Below are positions 10,061 to 22,829 of a DNA stretch of 64,000 nt, piece after piece; positions within the stretch are counted from its first letter, which is position 1, and the number at the start of each line of letters is the position of its first letter. The position numbers and the translations under genes were made by a program. The notes beneath the pieces are model-generated. The model was given only the letters and a program-made list of their open reading frames with translations, ran no database searches and was not told the origin of the DNA. Source of the DNA: Raillietiella orientalis (Eukaryota); assembly GCA_036172245.1 (NCBI GenBank), contig JAYWIR010000061.1, positions 1 through 64,000 on the forward strand. Direction: 5' to 3'.

Positions 10061-13000
10061 GTTCTCGGGCCACTAGAAGAGGCAAGAGATTGGAATGCGA
10101 GCCGCTACCGAGGACTGCTTCTCTGCTTCTTCTTCCCCCAGATGCTGCAACTGTAGGGGGGCATCACGAAGATGTTTAGAATTTTGGAATCCGGGAGGAG
10201 GCGATCCAAAGAGGAAAATGAGAAAATGAAAAAAAAAAAAAATTGAAAGAGACAAAACACCATTAGAAAGGAAGCGGTGTACTCGAACACTCCCGAGTTA
10301 GGTGCCAAAGGCATCGTCCGTGGTGGAAGGACCTACGGCCTCACCGTTGGGATGAACTGAGGAGAATTGGCGGATGGTGAGGATGGTAAAAAGTTGTGAT
10401 GCATGCTGGATACATCAATTGGGTTACCCGACCGTGATGACCAACCCCCTGAAGGACCACAGATTCATCCAGAGAACCGAATAGATAGCATGACCTCACG
10501 GCAGTGCGTGGTGTAAGGGTGAAGGGTAACCCAATCAATGTAGGAATGCCCTGCGTGATCCTAAAGCACTCCGGGCCATCATCCTTTCCCCTGGATCTCC
10601 GATTTTCCACAAGCGAACGATACAAACGGAAAACAGAACGTTCGGCCGATTGCCAGTTGACCACGCACGAAGGAGCAGCAACGGATGGCCTCCCAGCACC
10701 CGCCTCGGAGGCCTTTCTTCCGAATCGGGTGCCGCCTATTCGGTCTGGAACCAGGCGAATCAGGCGCTGCAGCCCAAGTTTTTCTTCACTTCACGGTCGG
10801 AAAACAACGGCTGCACAGGACCAGGCCGAGGAGGGAAACCTCCTGACGTCAGACCCGGCTGGGAAGTTCCAAGGCGATTGCGGTTCGGAAAACTCGGGAA
10901 CCCTGAAACGACTTCTGGTGCACCGATGTGAAAACCAGGAGGGAAGGTTGCATCCGTGAGCTGCTTTCGAGAGCGTCGAAAGCATGTCTCCTGCAAGGAT
11001 AAATGGCAGATCGAGCCGCGCAGACCTCGGCAATTGCAGAAGTCGAAGAACGCGTGTGGAGGCTCGAAATCCTCAGTTCTTTGCCCGGGTGAGGTAGGAG
11101 GTGAAAATTTCAAAGAGCGGACTTCGAACCCCCTTCAAGGGCGGCCAAGGAATGGGGTCGTATGCGCTAAAGTCGCGCGTCCTCGTCGACACTCGAACGT
11201 CCGTATTCAATGCACCGGCAGCGGTGCAAAATGGCAAGTGCACTGGCGGAGTGGGTCCCTCTCCATTGAGGATTCACTCCCCTTTCTCCTGACAGTAATT
11301 CTTTAATGCAGCATCAAAGGTATTTTTTGCCTCGAATATGCTCGATGGGAACTCTTTTGAGGATCACAACAGAGAAATGTAGGGGGCGAGACTGATTCGG
11401 AAACAGAAATAAATCTGGTATTTTTTTTTTTTGCATCCGATTGTTGCTGATGCTGTCGTGACTGAAGTGATGAGAAGCGATGCGTGTTCTTTCAGAGGAA
11501 TACCAACAACCGCTGAATATCCCCATCTGAGAGCAGGAATCAGGACCGCAAGAGATTCCGACCTCAGAGACATTTTCAGAGATGCCGATCTGATTGTTCA
11601 CTTCCTCGAGTTCCAGTGACTCGTTGCACTCTGGAAGTTGGCCGCAGGCACCGAAGCGCATGCTCCACGGGATCAGTGATTTCGAAGCCGGGAAGGTCGC
11701 TCATGCCTGATTGACTCCTCGAGGGCTGCCCATCAGGTCGCCGTCTTCAGCAGTGTGCTTTCAAGGCACACCTGCATCTTCAGCTGTAGAAGCGCCTGCT
11801 CTCCTCCAAGGTAACCACAATCTGGCGCGCGGTATCGGCACTTTCGATTCGAGATGACCCAGATTCGGATGATACCGCGCGTTCATAGAGCCGCGGCATG
11901 GTGAAGTCTGTGAGACTTCGTTTCGACTGATTGCGGTTACCTGCGAGGCAAGAGCATGGGTTCGCCCGCCGCGTTGGGACCGCCAGCGGATGCGCCTCTG
12001 CTCGCAGCACGGTATGGGAGAATTCTTCCCGCAGCTTCCTGAGATCAAGCACCAACAGATAGTCTTCACATCCCGTTCTCAATTGCATAAAAGCGTCTGC
12101 AACGACCGGGTCTCGTGCCTGGGTTGCTGGCGTCTCAAAGCACACACGAATCGTCGCTCAAAGTGCTCCTTGAGTTTCACTTCCCAGAACAGGTTGGACC
12201 AAGGTTCGCCGTTTCTCCACGAAACCGTCATTAATCCTGCGTCTGTAAACCCTGCTTCATCCGCATACCCTATTCGTTCCCTCTCCCCTGATGAGAATCG
12301 CTGGCAGTGCACTGTGCCTGTGGTTTCGCCGTGAGCTGTAGGCAGCTCCTATGAATCCCTGACCGAGGCACCATTAGGAGGCTTCGCTCCGCTTCGCTCT
12401 TTCTCTGGAGAGGAATTGCTTTTCCCCTTGAGGGATTTGTTGCCGCATCTCATTTTGATTTTTCCACTTTTGAGCTAGGAGTGGCTGAAATATTCCCTGA
12501 AAATTCATCACTTTCATTGCAAGTGGCACTCGCTACTTCCGTTTACAGCTCGTTGTTTGGATGACCCGCCTTTCCTCGCTGATGATTCTGATATACCTGA
12601 GAAGGGGATCTCCGAGAATCTGCAACCTGGGAAAGTGACGTTGAATGGATGTCAACGTGCTGGACCAGAAGAATTCCCCACGGTGGTTTCCCCGCGGAAT
12701 GCAAACCGACCAATCAGTACTGCTTCCGCGTTTTCCTCATGTGCGAATGACAGGTAAATGAGCTGAAAAGCGGACGGGCTGGTAGACTCCGTGCAACGCG
12801 AAACAGAACCGAAGTCGGTTGCTAGGAGACGCTGGGCTGGATAGCTGCATTTGCCCTCTAATATGAAAAGTGAAGCAAATCCACGAGAGAGGAAGGGAAT
12901 CCTGGCTTCACTAAAGCCGTTTCTCCTCTCATGGTAATTGCACAGGCAGTTTTTTGCAAACAGCTGTGCTCATGCCAGTCTCATGGCACCGGGATGCGGA

Positions 13001-14442
13001 TCGTATTTTCAGAGAAGGATAAAGCCGCTTTAAGGATTCCAGCGACAACGTAGCTCGTGTTACCTCAGAGTGCTTTTCAACAGAATGCTGGTGCTGCGAG
13101 CTTTTCAATAGCGCATCATGCGGAAAGTACGAAGATCGTTGCTAAGAATACCTTCCATTTCTTGCTTTCTCTTTTTTTTCGAATAGGGGTGCGTAGTGGA
13201 CCTCCTCCGTTTGGGCTGAAGACATGAGATCGGGAAAGCGGCAGAACGAGTGGAGTGTGTAGAATATGACTAGTAGAATGTAGAATACGAGTGCAGCTCG
13301 TTAGCTGCTGCATTCCTTCACGCATTTCCGCCACGACCGACGTCGAAATCGAACCGACTGCAGTGCCTTCCAGAAGCACTTCAAGCTGATTCCCAGTTTC
13401 CTTTTGGAAACGAATGATGAAGCAGGAAGCAGAGCTTCGCGAGCAAAGTTTTCTTTATTTTCTGGATTCCTTTGATTTTTAGTCAGTAAATCATCCTGCA
13501 AGACCCTTTGTTCGAAGAGAGAGAAAAAAAAAAAAAGCACAAAAAGAGAAAGAAAACGCGCATGCCATTCCAGCACAAAAAGTATTACGTGGGGCGTAGC
13601 GGGCTGTCAGTCTGCATAAATGTTAAATCAACACGCTGATTCAAAGAGAACATCCTCGCAAATACTCAGAGCAGTGATATTCGCCTGGGGGTCAGGTTTC
13701 TTTAAATTGAACGAGGAGGAACCAAACTGAAATGGCTGCTCCATTCATAAACAGTCGCGAGCATCCTCAAGATGGCGAATTCTGCACTTTGTCAATCTGA
13801 TTTCGAGGGAAAACTGCGAAGTCGGGGGAGCCTGACACTTCTTCCGGAAACTCCCTTGCGCGACTTCAGCAAAGCCAGGAGACGCTTCGGTGAACTTGGA
13901 CACCGGGAAGAACGTCTGGAATTGTGAAAGGGTGCTTTTTGTGACTGAGTGGCTCATGCTTTCCGCGTTTGACAATTGAGCGTTGCGCATGTTTGCTTGA
14001 GGAAGGATGGAGGCGGGGTGCCGCAGTCGCCCTGGAACAGGCAGGCCGCTTGAGAGTCCCGAGGCAGTACTTTCCCTATTTCGACCAGGGATCAAAAAGG
14101 CCATATGCTGCTTTCTCGTGCGTTAAGAAGTCCGAGAAGTTCGCTCGTTTTTACAAAAAACACCTGGAGATGATTTAGTGAGATGACATATGAGCAGAGA
14201 ACAAGACGGAGTGCTTGTTTGTGGCGACATCTTGCGTTTACCACTTAACTACTTTTTCTTTTTTTCCTTTATGATTAACCCAAAAGTGACAGTTGTTAAA
14301 AAGAAATTCGTAGTTTTCCTGGATTATACTTCCAGAACAGATCTTTTTCCCGTGCTAAAAAAAAAAATAATTTAGCAACGTGTACTCCGACGCTCGCGCG
14401 ATCTTCAAATTGGTTTCCCTAATCAGTCTTGTGCGTTGAGGA

Positions 14443-14511
14443 CACACACACGCACTCTCATATGTATACACATGTATATATACACATATACGTACACACA
14501 CGCACACGCAT

Positions 14512-14567
<56 letters not shown>

Positions 14568-14685
14568 ATATATGAGTGTCACACATATATGTTGGAAGGC
14601 AGCGTCACATATCTATATACACGTATATGGGTGTACGCATATAAATATATGTTTATATATGAGTGTGTATATATGTATATATGCT
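14443..14685. repeat. (CA)n microsatellite (core about 14514-14565) in a TA/CA-rich low-complexity tract
   Basis: Perfect CA run of about 25 units with degenerate TATA/CACA flanks. Confidence 0.95.
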
Positions 14686-15289
14686 AGTATTCCGGGAAAA
14701 CATATATGTAGAAACGTGCAGTCACTTATTTCTTTAGAAAGTCGCTAACGCGATCCATCTAAACTTCGTTGTCAGCTTTGGGAAGATTCCATGTCCATGG
14801 ATACTTACCAACTTTTCAAAATGGGAAAACGAGCTTGAGAATTCGCCGGCGAGATTCTGCGACTGGTGCAAAAACGCATCAACGAGTTCCACATCCGCAC
14901 ATCTTTTCTAAAAGTGCCGTTTGGTGCGGTACGGATTCTGCAGACCAGGGAAAGACCATCGAAGGCACTTTCAACACGAAGGTTCTCGAGAAAGAATTTT
15001 CGGGGGCGTTTCTCTCGTTGCCACCTCAAACCTGACCCCTGACACCGGCGAGGTGCAGCACAAGATGGCTGTACATCCCCATGAACAAGTACAAAACTTT
15101 TCCGTATCCGAGGAAGAGGAAGGCGCAAAAAACTCTCACGGCATCCTGTTTCCAATTTGTAAACATTTTAGCGCAGCCACTTATGAACAGGAAACGGGAT
15201 TTCTCTGGTCGCAGTGATTCACTGTGCTATTATCAGTCTTCCATCTGATCCGCATTACCACTCGATGAATTTGTGCAAGATAGATGGTC

Positions 15290-16614
15290 TGAGCATGTGT
15301 GAAAACACTTCACACGTCCGTCATACCTCATGGGCTTTTATCAGCTTTCCCAGCCAGCGCTTCAGCAGTGCTTTTTGCGGCCGTTAGGATTGCCCTATTG
15401 ATGAGACAGAGTCAGGGATATAATGCCAATTGCGTAAATTGGAATTTTCATCCCGAACTCTGGCGTGTGTGAGGGACATTCAGTACCGGCGGATGCCATC
15501 TCTTTCATAGAAACCTTGTTTCTCACGAACCACGCCAAGGAGGAGAACCTCGGATACACGCGTCTGCAAGGAGTTCTGCGGAAAACCGTTCCTTTGTCCG
15601 CTCCTCCATCACGAATGGACCAACCGCGGAACCGATTCTCCTCAGCTGGTTTGCGATAGTTGCGAAGTGAATCTCATCGTGCTTTGTGCTTGGCACCCCT
15701 GCAAACGGACAGCGCGCAGCAGCACTCTCGTTTAGAGCCTCAGCGGGGACAAAAGACGGTGATACGTCATTTGCATCCCGCTGCTGGAACATCCTTTCCT
15801 TTCCCCCTGCGGGGCGCGAAGGAGGTGCTCCAAGGTGAAGCAGGTTTGAGAGTGGAGGCTGCGAGGGTTCTGAACGCTCGGTAGGAATCCCGAAACGCGC
15901 GAGTACTCGGCGAGGCAAGTGGAAGATGACACAATAAGTAATAACTTTTCCCGAGAGATGAAATTTCTCTAACTTGGATTCCAGAAGAAATATTTTCCTC
16001 CCCGCGGTAAAAATATAACAAATCACTCCTTCTATTTATTCAGTTAACTCATGTAAATGGAGACAGGTGAATTGCAGAATATGGCAGGATGAATTATGTG
16101 AGAGCATGCCGTCGGAAACAAGTGCATCCGTGGGGCTCGGGCGCCACAGTGTTCCCGCCGGAGCGAGCAAACTCCTTCCCATGGAAGAAATCGAGAAGAT
16201 TTCCCCTGGAAAAGCGTCTTCCTGGAACGTTCGGGATCCGCACCATACGCTGGGGGTCGAAAGTGAAGATCGGAACGCGGAGTCATCAGCCCAACTCTCG
16301 TGGGTGCCAGGTTCCCTGCGAATTTCCGGGGACTTCCGATCGCGCTGCCCTCGTTGCGGGAAGAGGTCCAGGGAAGCCCTTCGTGCTGCGTCGGGAAGGC
16401 GAGAGTTGTCAACTGCCAGAGAGGTCGGGAGCGCGGTTTTCCGCGTCTCTGCCTTCATCTGCTGGGTGCTGACATCTTTTACGATGCTGGGATGGGTGCG
16501 TTCGCTCTTGCTCATGCTGGGAGTGTCGGGAAGCACATCGGCGGGTAGCAGCAGCCGATGGACTTGCTGGGCATAGTCCTCTCTTGGAACGGGAGCGCTG
16601 CGCATGCTTGCCAT
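15290..16614 (-). pseudogene. Possible gene or pseudogene 5' portion: ATG-initiated 192-aa ORF followed by broken downstream frames
   Basis: ORF 16036-16614 starts in a caaATGGc context. Downstream protein-like frames (FATIANQLRRIGS..; RNWHYIPDS..KALLKRWLGKLIKAHE ending at a GTATGA donor-like site) contain stops. No recognisable domain. Confidence 0.3.
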
Positions 16615-16934
16615 TTGCTTTTCGAAGGGGGCGGCGGGCGCACCCTCGCTACGGAGAGCCGGCTAGAAAAAAAAACAAAAAAATCTTTTGCGCCATCCGT
16701 TCTGCCCAACTCGAGAGATCCTACTGCAATGTCCAGCTGAACCACGCGCAAGAAGGGGTTTCCTGTCCGTTCTGCATTTCCTTATGCTTATTCTCTTCGA
16801 GGTTTGGGCTTCTGAAATCATTGAGGTTCCTGATGGGAAAATCCTCTCGAATTCTCTTCTGTTTCTGCTGCTTTCCTTCTAGTTTTTTTTCTTCCCTTCC
16901 TCTCCTAGGAGTGCTGAAGAACCGTTCGCCTTCT

Positions 16935-17323
16935 TAATGGGAGCTCACGAAGCTCTTATAAAGACTGCTCCCACGCCACACGAGGTGCGTGTAACTCTTC
17001 ATGTTAAGGGATAAATCCGCAGGGACCATCCTATGAATCCAGAGAGAGCTCCGGAGGAAGGAGTCCGTTCCTCTTACGCTCGGGAAGGGAATTCCGAAGG
17101 AAGCTGGCTCCTTGGATTCCTGGAAGTATCCTGGAGAGGCAACTTTTAATCCTGGACAGTCAACGGGAGCATCCTTGGGCATCCGGCTTCGACCAGCTCT
17201 GTTCTGCGGGGTGGGGAGGGACGTACTCATTTCTCGGCGCCGATCCTTGCCCAGGTGGGATTCGAACCCACTACGCTCTGTGCCACGCTCGGAGACCGCA
17301 GCCACACAGCCGCCGGCGCGGGC
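16935..17323 (-). mobile_element. Repeat family B copy with complete tRNA-like head (SINE-like 5' end)
   Basis: Head at 17248-17323. The body aligns with 36280-36470, 43245-43321/44038-44130 and 3170-3620, and lacks about 250 bp between repeated ACCCCGAAG motifs present in the 3.3-3.6 kb copy. Confidence 0.75.
17248..17323 (-). ncRNA. tRNA-derived 76-nt head (degenerate, not a functional tRNA); Pol III B-box present
   Basis: The minus strand reads GCCCGCG...GTGGG-TTCGAAT-CCCAC-CTGGGC-A, giving a perfect T-arm and a near-complete acceptor stem. D and anticodon arms do not fold canonically. Confidence 0.65.
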
Positions 17324-19679
17324 CTCATGGCCCTTCGAGCTTTGACGGACGGAAATCTGCACCAACTGAACTATTCCCCACACTTCCGTGGAAGCTCTCT
17401 TCTCGATGTTTCCCCGAACATCCCCGCTTCGTTCCACACAACCCTTCAGGAACCCGGTGGATGAACTCGTGTGTAGGGGATGCCTCCAGTTGTGGTTTCA
17501 TTCCGTGATTGTTCGCGTGGCCGTCTCTGTAGGCTGCCCGTGATATGCCCGGAGGGGGACCCCCTTATCGACCATGGGTCCCCCTCGGGAAGTGGCTCCT
17601 TCCGGTTCCCTCCCGGAACGCAAGGGATTGGCTTCTTTGGAGGACGCGTCCCGGAAAACTTCCCCTGCTCTGCACGTGGTGGCGCGCCGCGCGCAGTCGC
17701 CATCTTTCACGCTGATGGAAATTCCGCGAGACGGCAGTAAAACAAGTATCTGACCTTTAGCATCAATTCCATATCGCAACAAAACCATCTGGGAAACGCT
17801 GACGATGATGAACAAATGGCGAGGTTGACAGGAGAAATTGCGCAACTCTCACTCGGAAGAATTCGGGTGAGTGACAGTCTTTTACTTCAAGGGCCCTGCG
17901 CTGCGCAACTCGAAAGCTATTGGTCGCGATGCCCAGGAATCGCATGCTAGGAAGACACACTGTTAGCGGGAAAAAATTCTCCCGGAGGGAGGGACGACGA
18001 AGAAGAAGAAGCAATCAGTCCGAGAAAAAAGCGATTTTTCCGGAAACCAAGGATATTTTAGGAATGTTTTAATTGTTGCTCTTTGGGTGTACCATTTGAA
18101 GAGATGTTTCCTGTTGCAAATGAGCTCTCTCGAGAAATGAATCCTCTCCGTCGCAAATGAATCTCGAGCGTCCAAACGAGCGATGCGGAGCGGGTAACCA
18201 TAGTTACGCGGGGGCGCGGCAGAGGCTGCGTTTTCGAAGTTCGACCTGGGGGATACTCCGGATTTGGTGCACTTGATCTCGGAAAAGCACGGAAGGGAGC
18301 TTATCGAGATGCGGAAACGTTGAATGGACAGGAAGCGATGGCGTGCCAGGGAAACCGCTCTGTGCGAAGAAAAGAACCGCGTGATCGCGAGGTGCTTGGA
18401 AGCATATCTGGATCCGAAGAACCGTTCTGTCGCCAATCAGGCAAGGCAGCCATCGCATTCCCTGCGCAAACGGAAAAGGAGAGTGAGATGCTGCAGCACC
18501 GCCTCCGACAATTGAAGAGCAGATGGGATGCTTCAGCGCTTCGCGTTTTGTTTAGAAAGAAAGCCAAGAAATGCTCCCTCATACGTGAAAAGCGCTTCGC
18601 TTAAGACGGCTATGCAAAGCTTCCACCACTGAAGGTTAATCGTTCGAGTGGAAAGTGCGAAACCCCAAATCTCAAGTGCGGTTTTCCAGGTTCACTGCAA
18701 TTCCCGTCTCGAGAAGAATCTCGAAGTTTCGTGCGTCCGGCTGCAGTGCCTGCCTTCTCAGGCAGTCGAGATGTTTGGTCTTCGCGGGCGAATCTTTGGC
18801 GCCTGCCTTCTGGCCGAAGTTGGTGTGGCGTCCGTCGTCGCGCACTTGGGCAAGAAGTTGATGGCAGCAGCCACGTAGCTCCTGTGCAGTTAGGTTTTTC
18901 AAGGTTGCAAGCAGGTCTTCCTCGGTTCTCGATTGCCAGAGGATTTTCAGCCCCCCCTACACATGTACCCCATTTTTTAAATAGAGAGGGAACCCAGGAA
19001 GCGAACACGTCGGATCATGCTGTCCCTATTACGCTTGTTGCTCTTGTCGAGGCACAAATTCCAACACATCTTGTGGGTCATAACCTCCGTCTCGATACCA
19101 CTATCATGGAATTTTCTAAAGGCTCGGAAGGACTTTTAATCAACCTGGAGTCTTTCGAAAACGGACAAGACACTTTGCGAATAACACGAGGGACACTCTG
19201 AGAATCGATTATACTCGGGACTGTGGCTCAGAAACCCAAGGAGCAAGCATCACGTTCCAGCGGCAGCATGAGATCAAAGGAACTCGTCTCTAGCTCAGCG
19301 CCCATGCTCACAAGACAAAGCAGGAGTCCTCTTTTTACTGCGCTTAGAAACGCATATACAATCCTTCATCTGCCAACACGTTCTTTGAGGATGTCTGAAA
19401 TGGCTTCAGAACTTTGCTTTTGTCTTTTTTGAGAAGAATTCCGCCCTCCTCCCTCCCTCCTCCCGGAGATTTTAGCTTTATGTAGATTTTTGCTTCGGGC
19501 TTCGCTTTCAGAAATTAGAGATTGAGCCCATTTGACCTCCATCTCGAAAATTTTGGCAGATCGGGATCGACCGTAGAGCAGTAGCAGATAATTCCCCCCA
19601 AATTTTGTAAGCTTATATGATGAAAAGGTTTCACCTTTTCATGTTCCCACCATCCGTTCAGAACTACTGATTACCAAGC

Positions 19680-19787
19680 TGGAGGAGAAGGAGGAGGAAG
19701 AAATAGGAAAGGAGGAAAGGGTGGAAGGGAAGAAAAAAAGGAAGAGAAAGGAAGAAGAAAGAAGGTAAGTAGAATAGGAGGAGGAGA
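19680..19787 (+). repeat. Polypurine (GA-rich) low-complexity tract
   Basis: About 105 nt that is almost exclusively G/A. Confidence 0.85.
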
Positions 19788-22700
19788 TTTGTTCGTTGTT
19801 CACCTACCCAATCCAATCCGGATCCTCTCCTTCTCTTCATATTTACAGATTATCCTTTAGTGCATGTCTACAAAGCACTTTGCATGTTTACAGTGCTGCT
19901 TTGGCCTTCCAGGAGTCACTTAGAGACCCACTTCAGTTTTTGCGCATCCAGAGAGATCTGTTTGACTGTTTCAGTTGAATTCTGCTGTATCAGATGTGAA
20001 TCCTTAGACCAAAACCAGCAGACCCACATCGTCCACTCAAACGCGAGAAGCTTGTGATCATGGCAACCACCTATTCATATCGCTAGCACACGTGGCACGA
20101 ATCTGCAGCATCGACGGTGTAGGCTCCTCGGTTTCATAAACCTTCTCACTTGTGCCCACAAAACTCCTTGCAGAGATTTTGGGGGTCATCCAGTTCGACC
20201 CCGAACGCCTTACCATCTCGGAAGCTTTCGTGTTCGGCGAACTCACCTTGCAGGAGGAAACCAGTTCAAGATCACGAAGATGCGTTCCTTGGCGAGTACG
20301 AAACCAGGCTGTCTCGGCCTCCTCCAGAGCTTTCTCGTGGTTTGAGTCCATTCGTGCGAATGACGTCTCAGGAGACAAGAAAGTCAAGGCAAGGAGGCAG
20401 GTGGAGGAACAGGCCTCAGGAATGCATTGAAAAATTGCGGCGTGCATGGAGCTGGAGAGAAAGGAGGTTTGGTGTCGAAGTTTCCAGCATCCTTGAATGC
20501 TCCGGAACACGATCGCTTCCATCTCACGCTGGTCTTCGTCATATGAGGATTCTCTCGACCTTCGGCCAAAACACTCAACCAGAACGGAAGTTCTGCCGCT
20601 CGACATGCAAGTAGATAGAGAAGTAGAATGGCAAGAGGATGGAGCTTCCCTGTTGCATGATGATGGCATTTTCGGCATCTGAATAAGATGCAAGATGCTG
20701 TAACTTATGGCCACGGGATCCGAAAGTCCTCCTTTGTCTGCAGACGGGAATAGGTTAACATTAGAAAGGCAGTGAGTGACGCCTGCGCTCCTAGAGCGGC
20801 AGCCTGACTTTTGGGAGCAGGATGTTCCCTGAGCCTCTAAGATGAATGTTTCATCCACAAAGAGATTTTAAAGGCTGAAAGACATTCTAGAAACGAAGTC
20901 TCATTCTAGCTGTTACTTTACGATGCAATCGTTCTTTCAAACTGTCAAACATCTCTCGTTTTGAAAAGATCATTACACACTGATCCCTTCGTGCTGTTAA
21001 TATGAGTTCATGTATGTAAGCATGTGTGTACATTGTATATGACTATATAATATCAAGGTATATGCGTACTTGTTGCCACAAGCGCTCTCTTGGTCTAACG
21101 AAATGTACCCATGATAGCAATCAGGATGAATACTGATTTTCAAAACCTCTCGATCTCAGCCACTTGGAATGTCCGAGAAGTTCTCTCCCCGACGAATTTG
21201 TCATCTGCTCCACCTATCCTGGAGTCCAGATGATCTTTCGGTCGCTTATCGTAGTGAACGGCAAAAGTCACCAGCAAAGAGGACGCACTCTTAGGATCAG
21301 GTTGAATTGGATGCTGCAGATCTCCTTTTGCGCCAGGTCCATTCTCCCTTTGTTCCACATGTCCGTTTTTCTATCTCCAATCCATGGCACTGGATATCCG
21401 ACTTGCTTTGAGAACGCAGAGGCAGAAACTCGGTTCTGCGTGCCTCGGCACAAGATCACTGCGAACGCGTGCTCATCCAGATCGGCGTGGCGATCAAGCC
21501 CACACACGCCCAGGTGATGGCGCGTGCTGTTCGATGCCCGTCATGGACTCGGCATGGAGGAAGAGCAAGTGAGTTAGAGATGCCTTCCAATGGAACCGTC
21601 GCCGCCTTACAGCATCTCCCCGTTCCGTGAGTCTCTCCCTCCATCACTGCGAACGTCGATTCGAATCCTTCTCGGATGCAGCGCGGGATCAATCCAACGA
21701 GTTGCTCTTTTGCACGGCGCAGTGGTGAAGCAGCCTCCTGGAACCTTGCTCAAGTGAGCACCAGCAAATGAGTCCGAGAGGATCCAATAGGAAGGCGCAT
21801 TTGTATTTTTATTCTTGCAGCTCGGCTTTTAAGGTGACCGCCGAGACTACACGTGCACTTCGAAACGAACTTACGCCGTTGATGGGCGCGATTTCTTGTC
21901 ACGCACCCAGTGACAGTCCCAACTGTGTTCAGGCAAGCGAATCCCCTGCTGTTCATTATTATTTGCCGCTAGAGGTGTCTTCCTGCATGCGGTAGGTCTC
22001 TAGAAGCTCATGGGTGTGTGTTCGACGTTCATCCCTATTATTCTCGGACAAGGAGTCAAGCTGGCTTGCTTGCGACGCACCCGCCCCCACTGCACTCACC
22101 GCACCCAAGCACGTGATGGGAGCGAACATCCCGAACTCATTACATTGGAAGGAAAGTCGAATTCTGTTTAAAACGCTGCTGAGAGACTTTAAAGTGATTT
22201 GGGGAAGTGTCGCGACATCGGCTTCAGATGGCTGTCTCGGGCGTCCGTACCGCACTTTCGATCTTTCCCAAGGCAGAAGAGCGGCTACTTGGTCCGCCCC
22301 AGCAGCAGAAGAATGACGGGCACTGTGAAAGTCCGAGTTCTGTCGAACGGAACGGTGGTCGCCCATGGCAACTCACCCATTTCCTTAAATGAGGGATGGT
22401 GCGTGTTGAGATTTCGTCCCCAAAAACTCACGCCTGAGGAACTTTGGAAACGGTTTGGATTTCTTTCGAGCCCTTTGAGCTCCTGCGCGGAAGGATGATT
22501 TGTCGCTTTGCGACCGTCCGATCCCCGCTTTACACTCTCTGAAAAGCCATCCCCCGGGACGTAGGAGGGGAGAGTGAAAAAAAGAAAATCCTACTCTGTT
22601 CGAGACAGGTTCAAGTTCTTGCAGTAGCAAATCCTCAGCGTCGGTGCTCGAACTTCGTCACCGCGTTTGACGATTCCGGAGAAAGACCACCCCCGCCTGA

Positions 22701-22829
22701 CTAGAAACCCTCAGGCTGCTTTGAGAGCACCGCCAAATCAAAGAGGAGGAAATGACGTGCACGAAACATCGAAAACAGCGAAGGAGTCTCCATCGAGGTG
22801 GGCAAAGCAGCAGCGTCTGATTCAACATC

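Larger units (their letters stand above)
9078..10293. repeat. Exact 18-bp direct repeat GGTGTACTCGAACACTCC (9078-9095 and 10276-10293), candidate target-site duplication
   Basis: Identical 18-mers flank the inverted LINE pair. Confidence 0.75.
8990..10560 (+). pseudogene. Gag-like remnant split by the 9096-10275 insertion
   Basis: The rejoined flanks read PGCFPG..PMKSFV*RMEYLL..ELGAKG..WWKDLRPHRWDELRR..FIQRTE, resembling the retrotransposon capsid pattern P..F.G / WW....W..L / Q..E. Confidence 0.3.

Noticed and set aside
9281..10156. 291-aa ORF as a novel protein
   Set aside because: It is a read-through chimera of a sense LINE fragment and the antisense of the inverted fragment.
17248..17323. 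Functional tRNA gene
   Set aside because: No canonical D or anticodon arms, no downstream oligo-T terminator, and it is fused to a repeated body.
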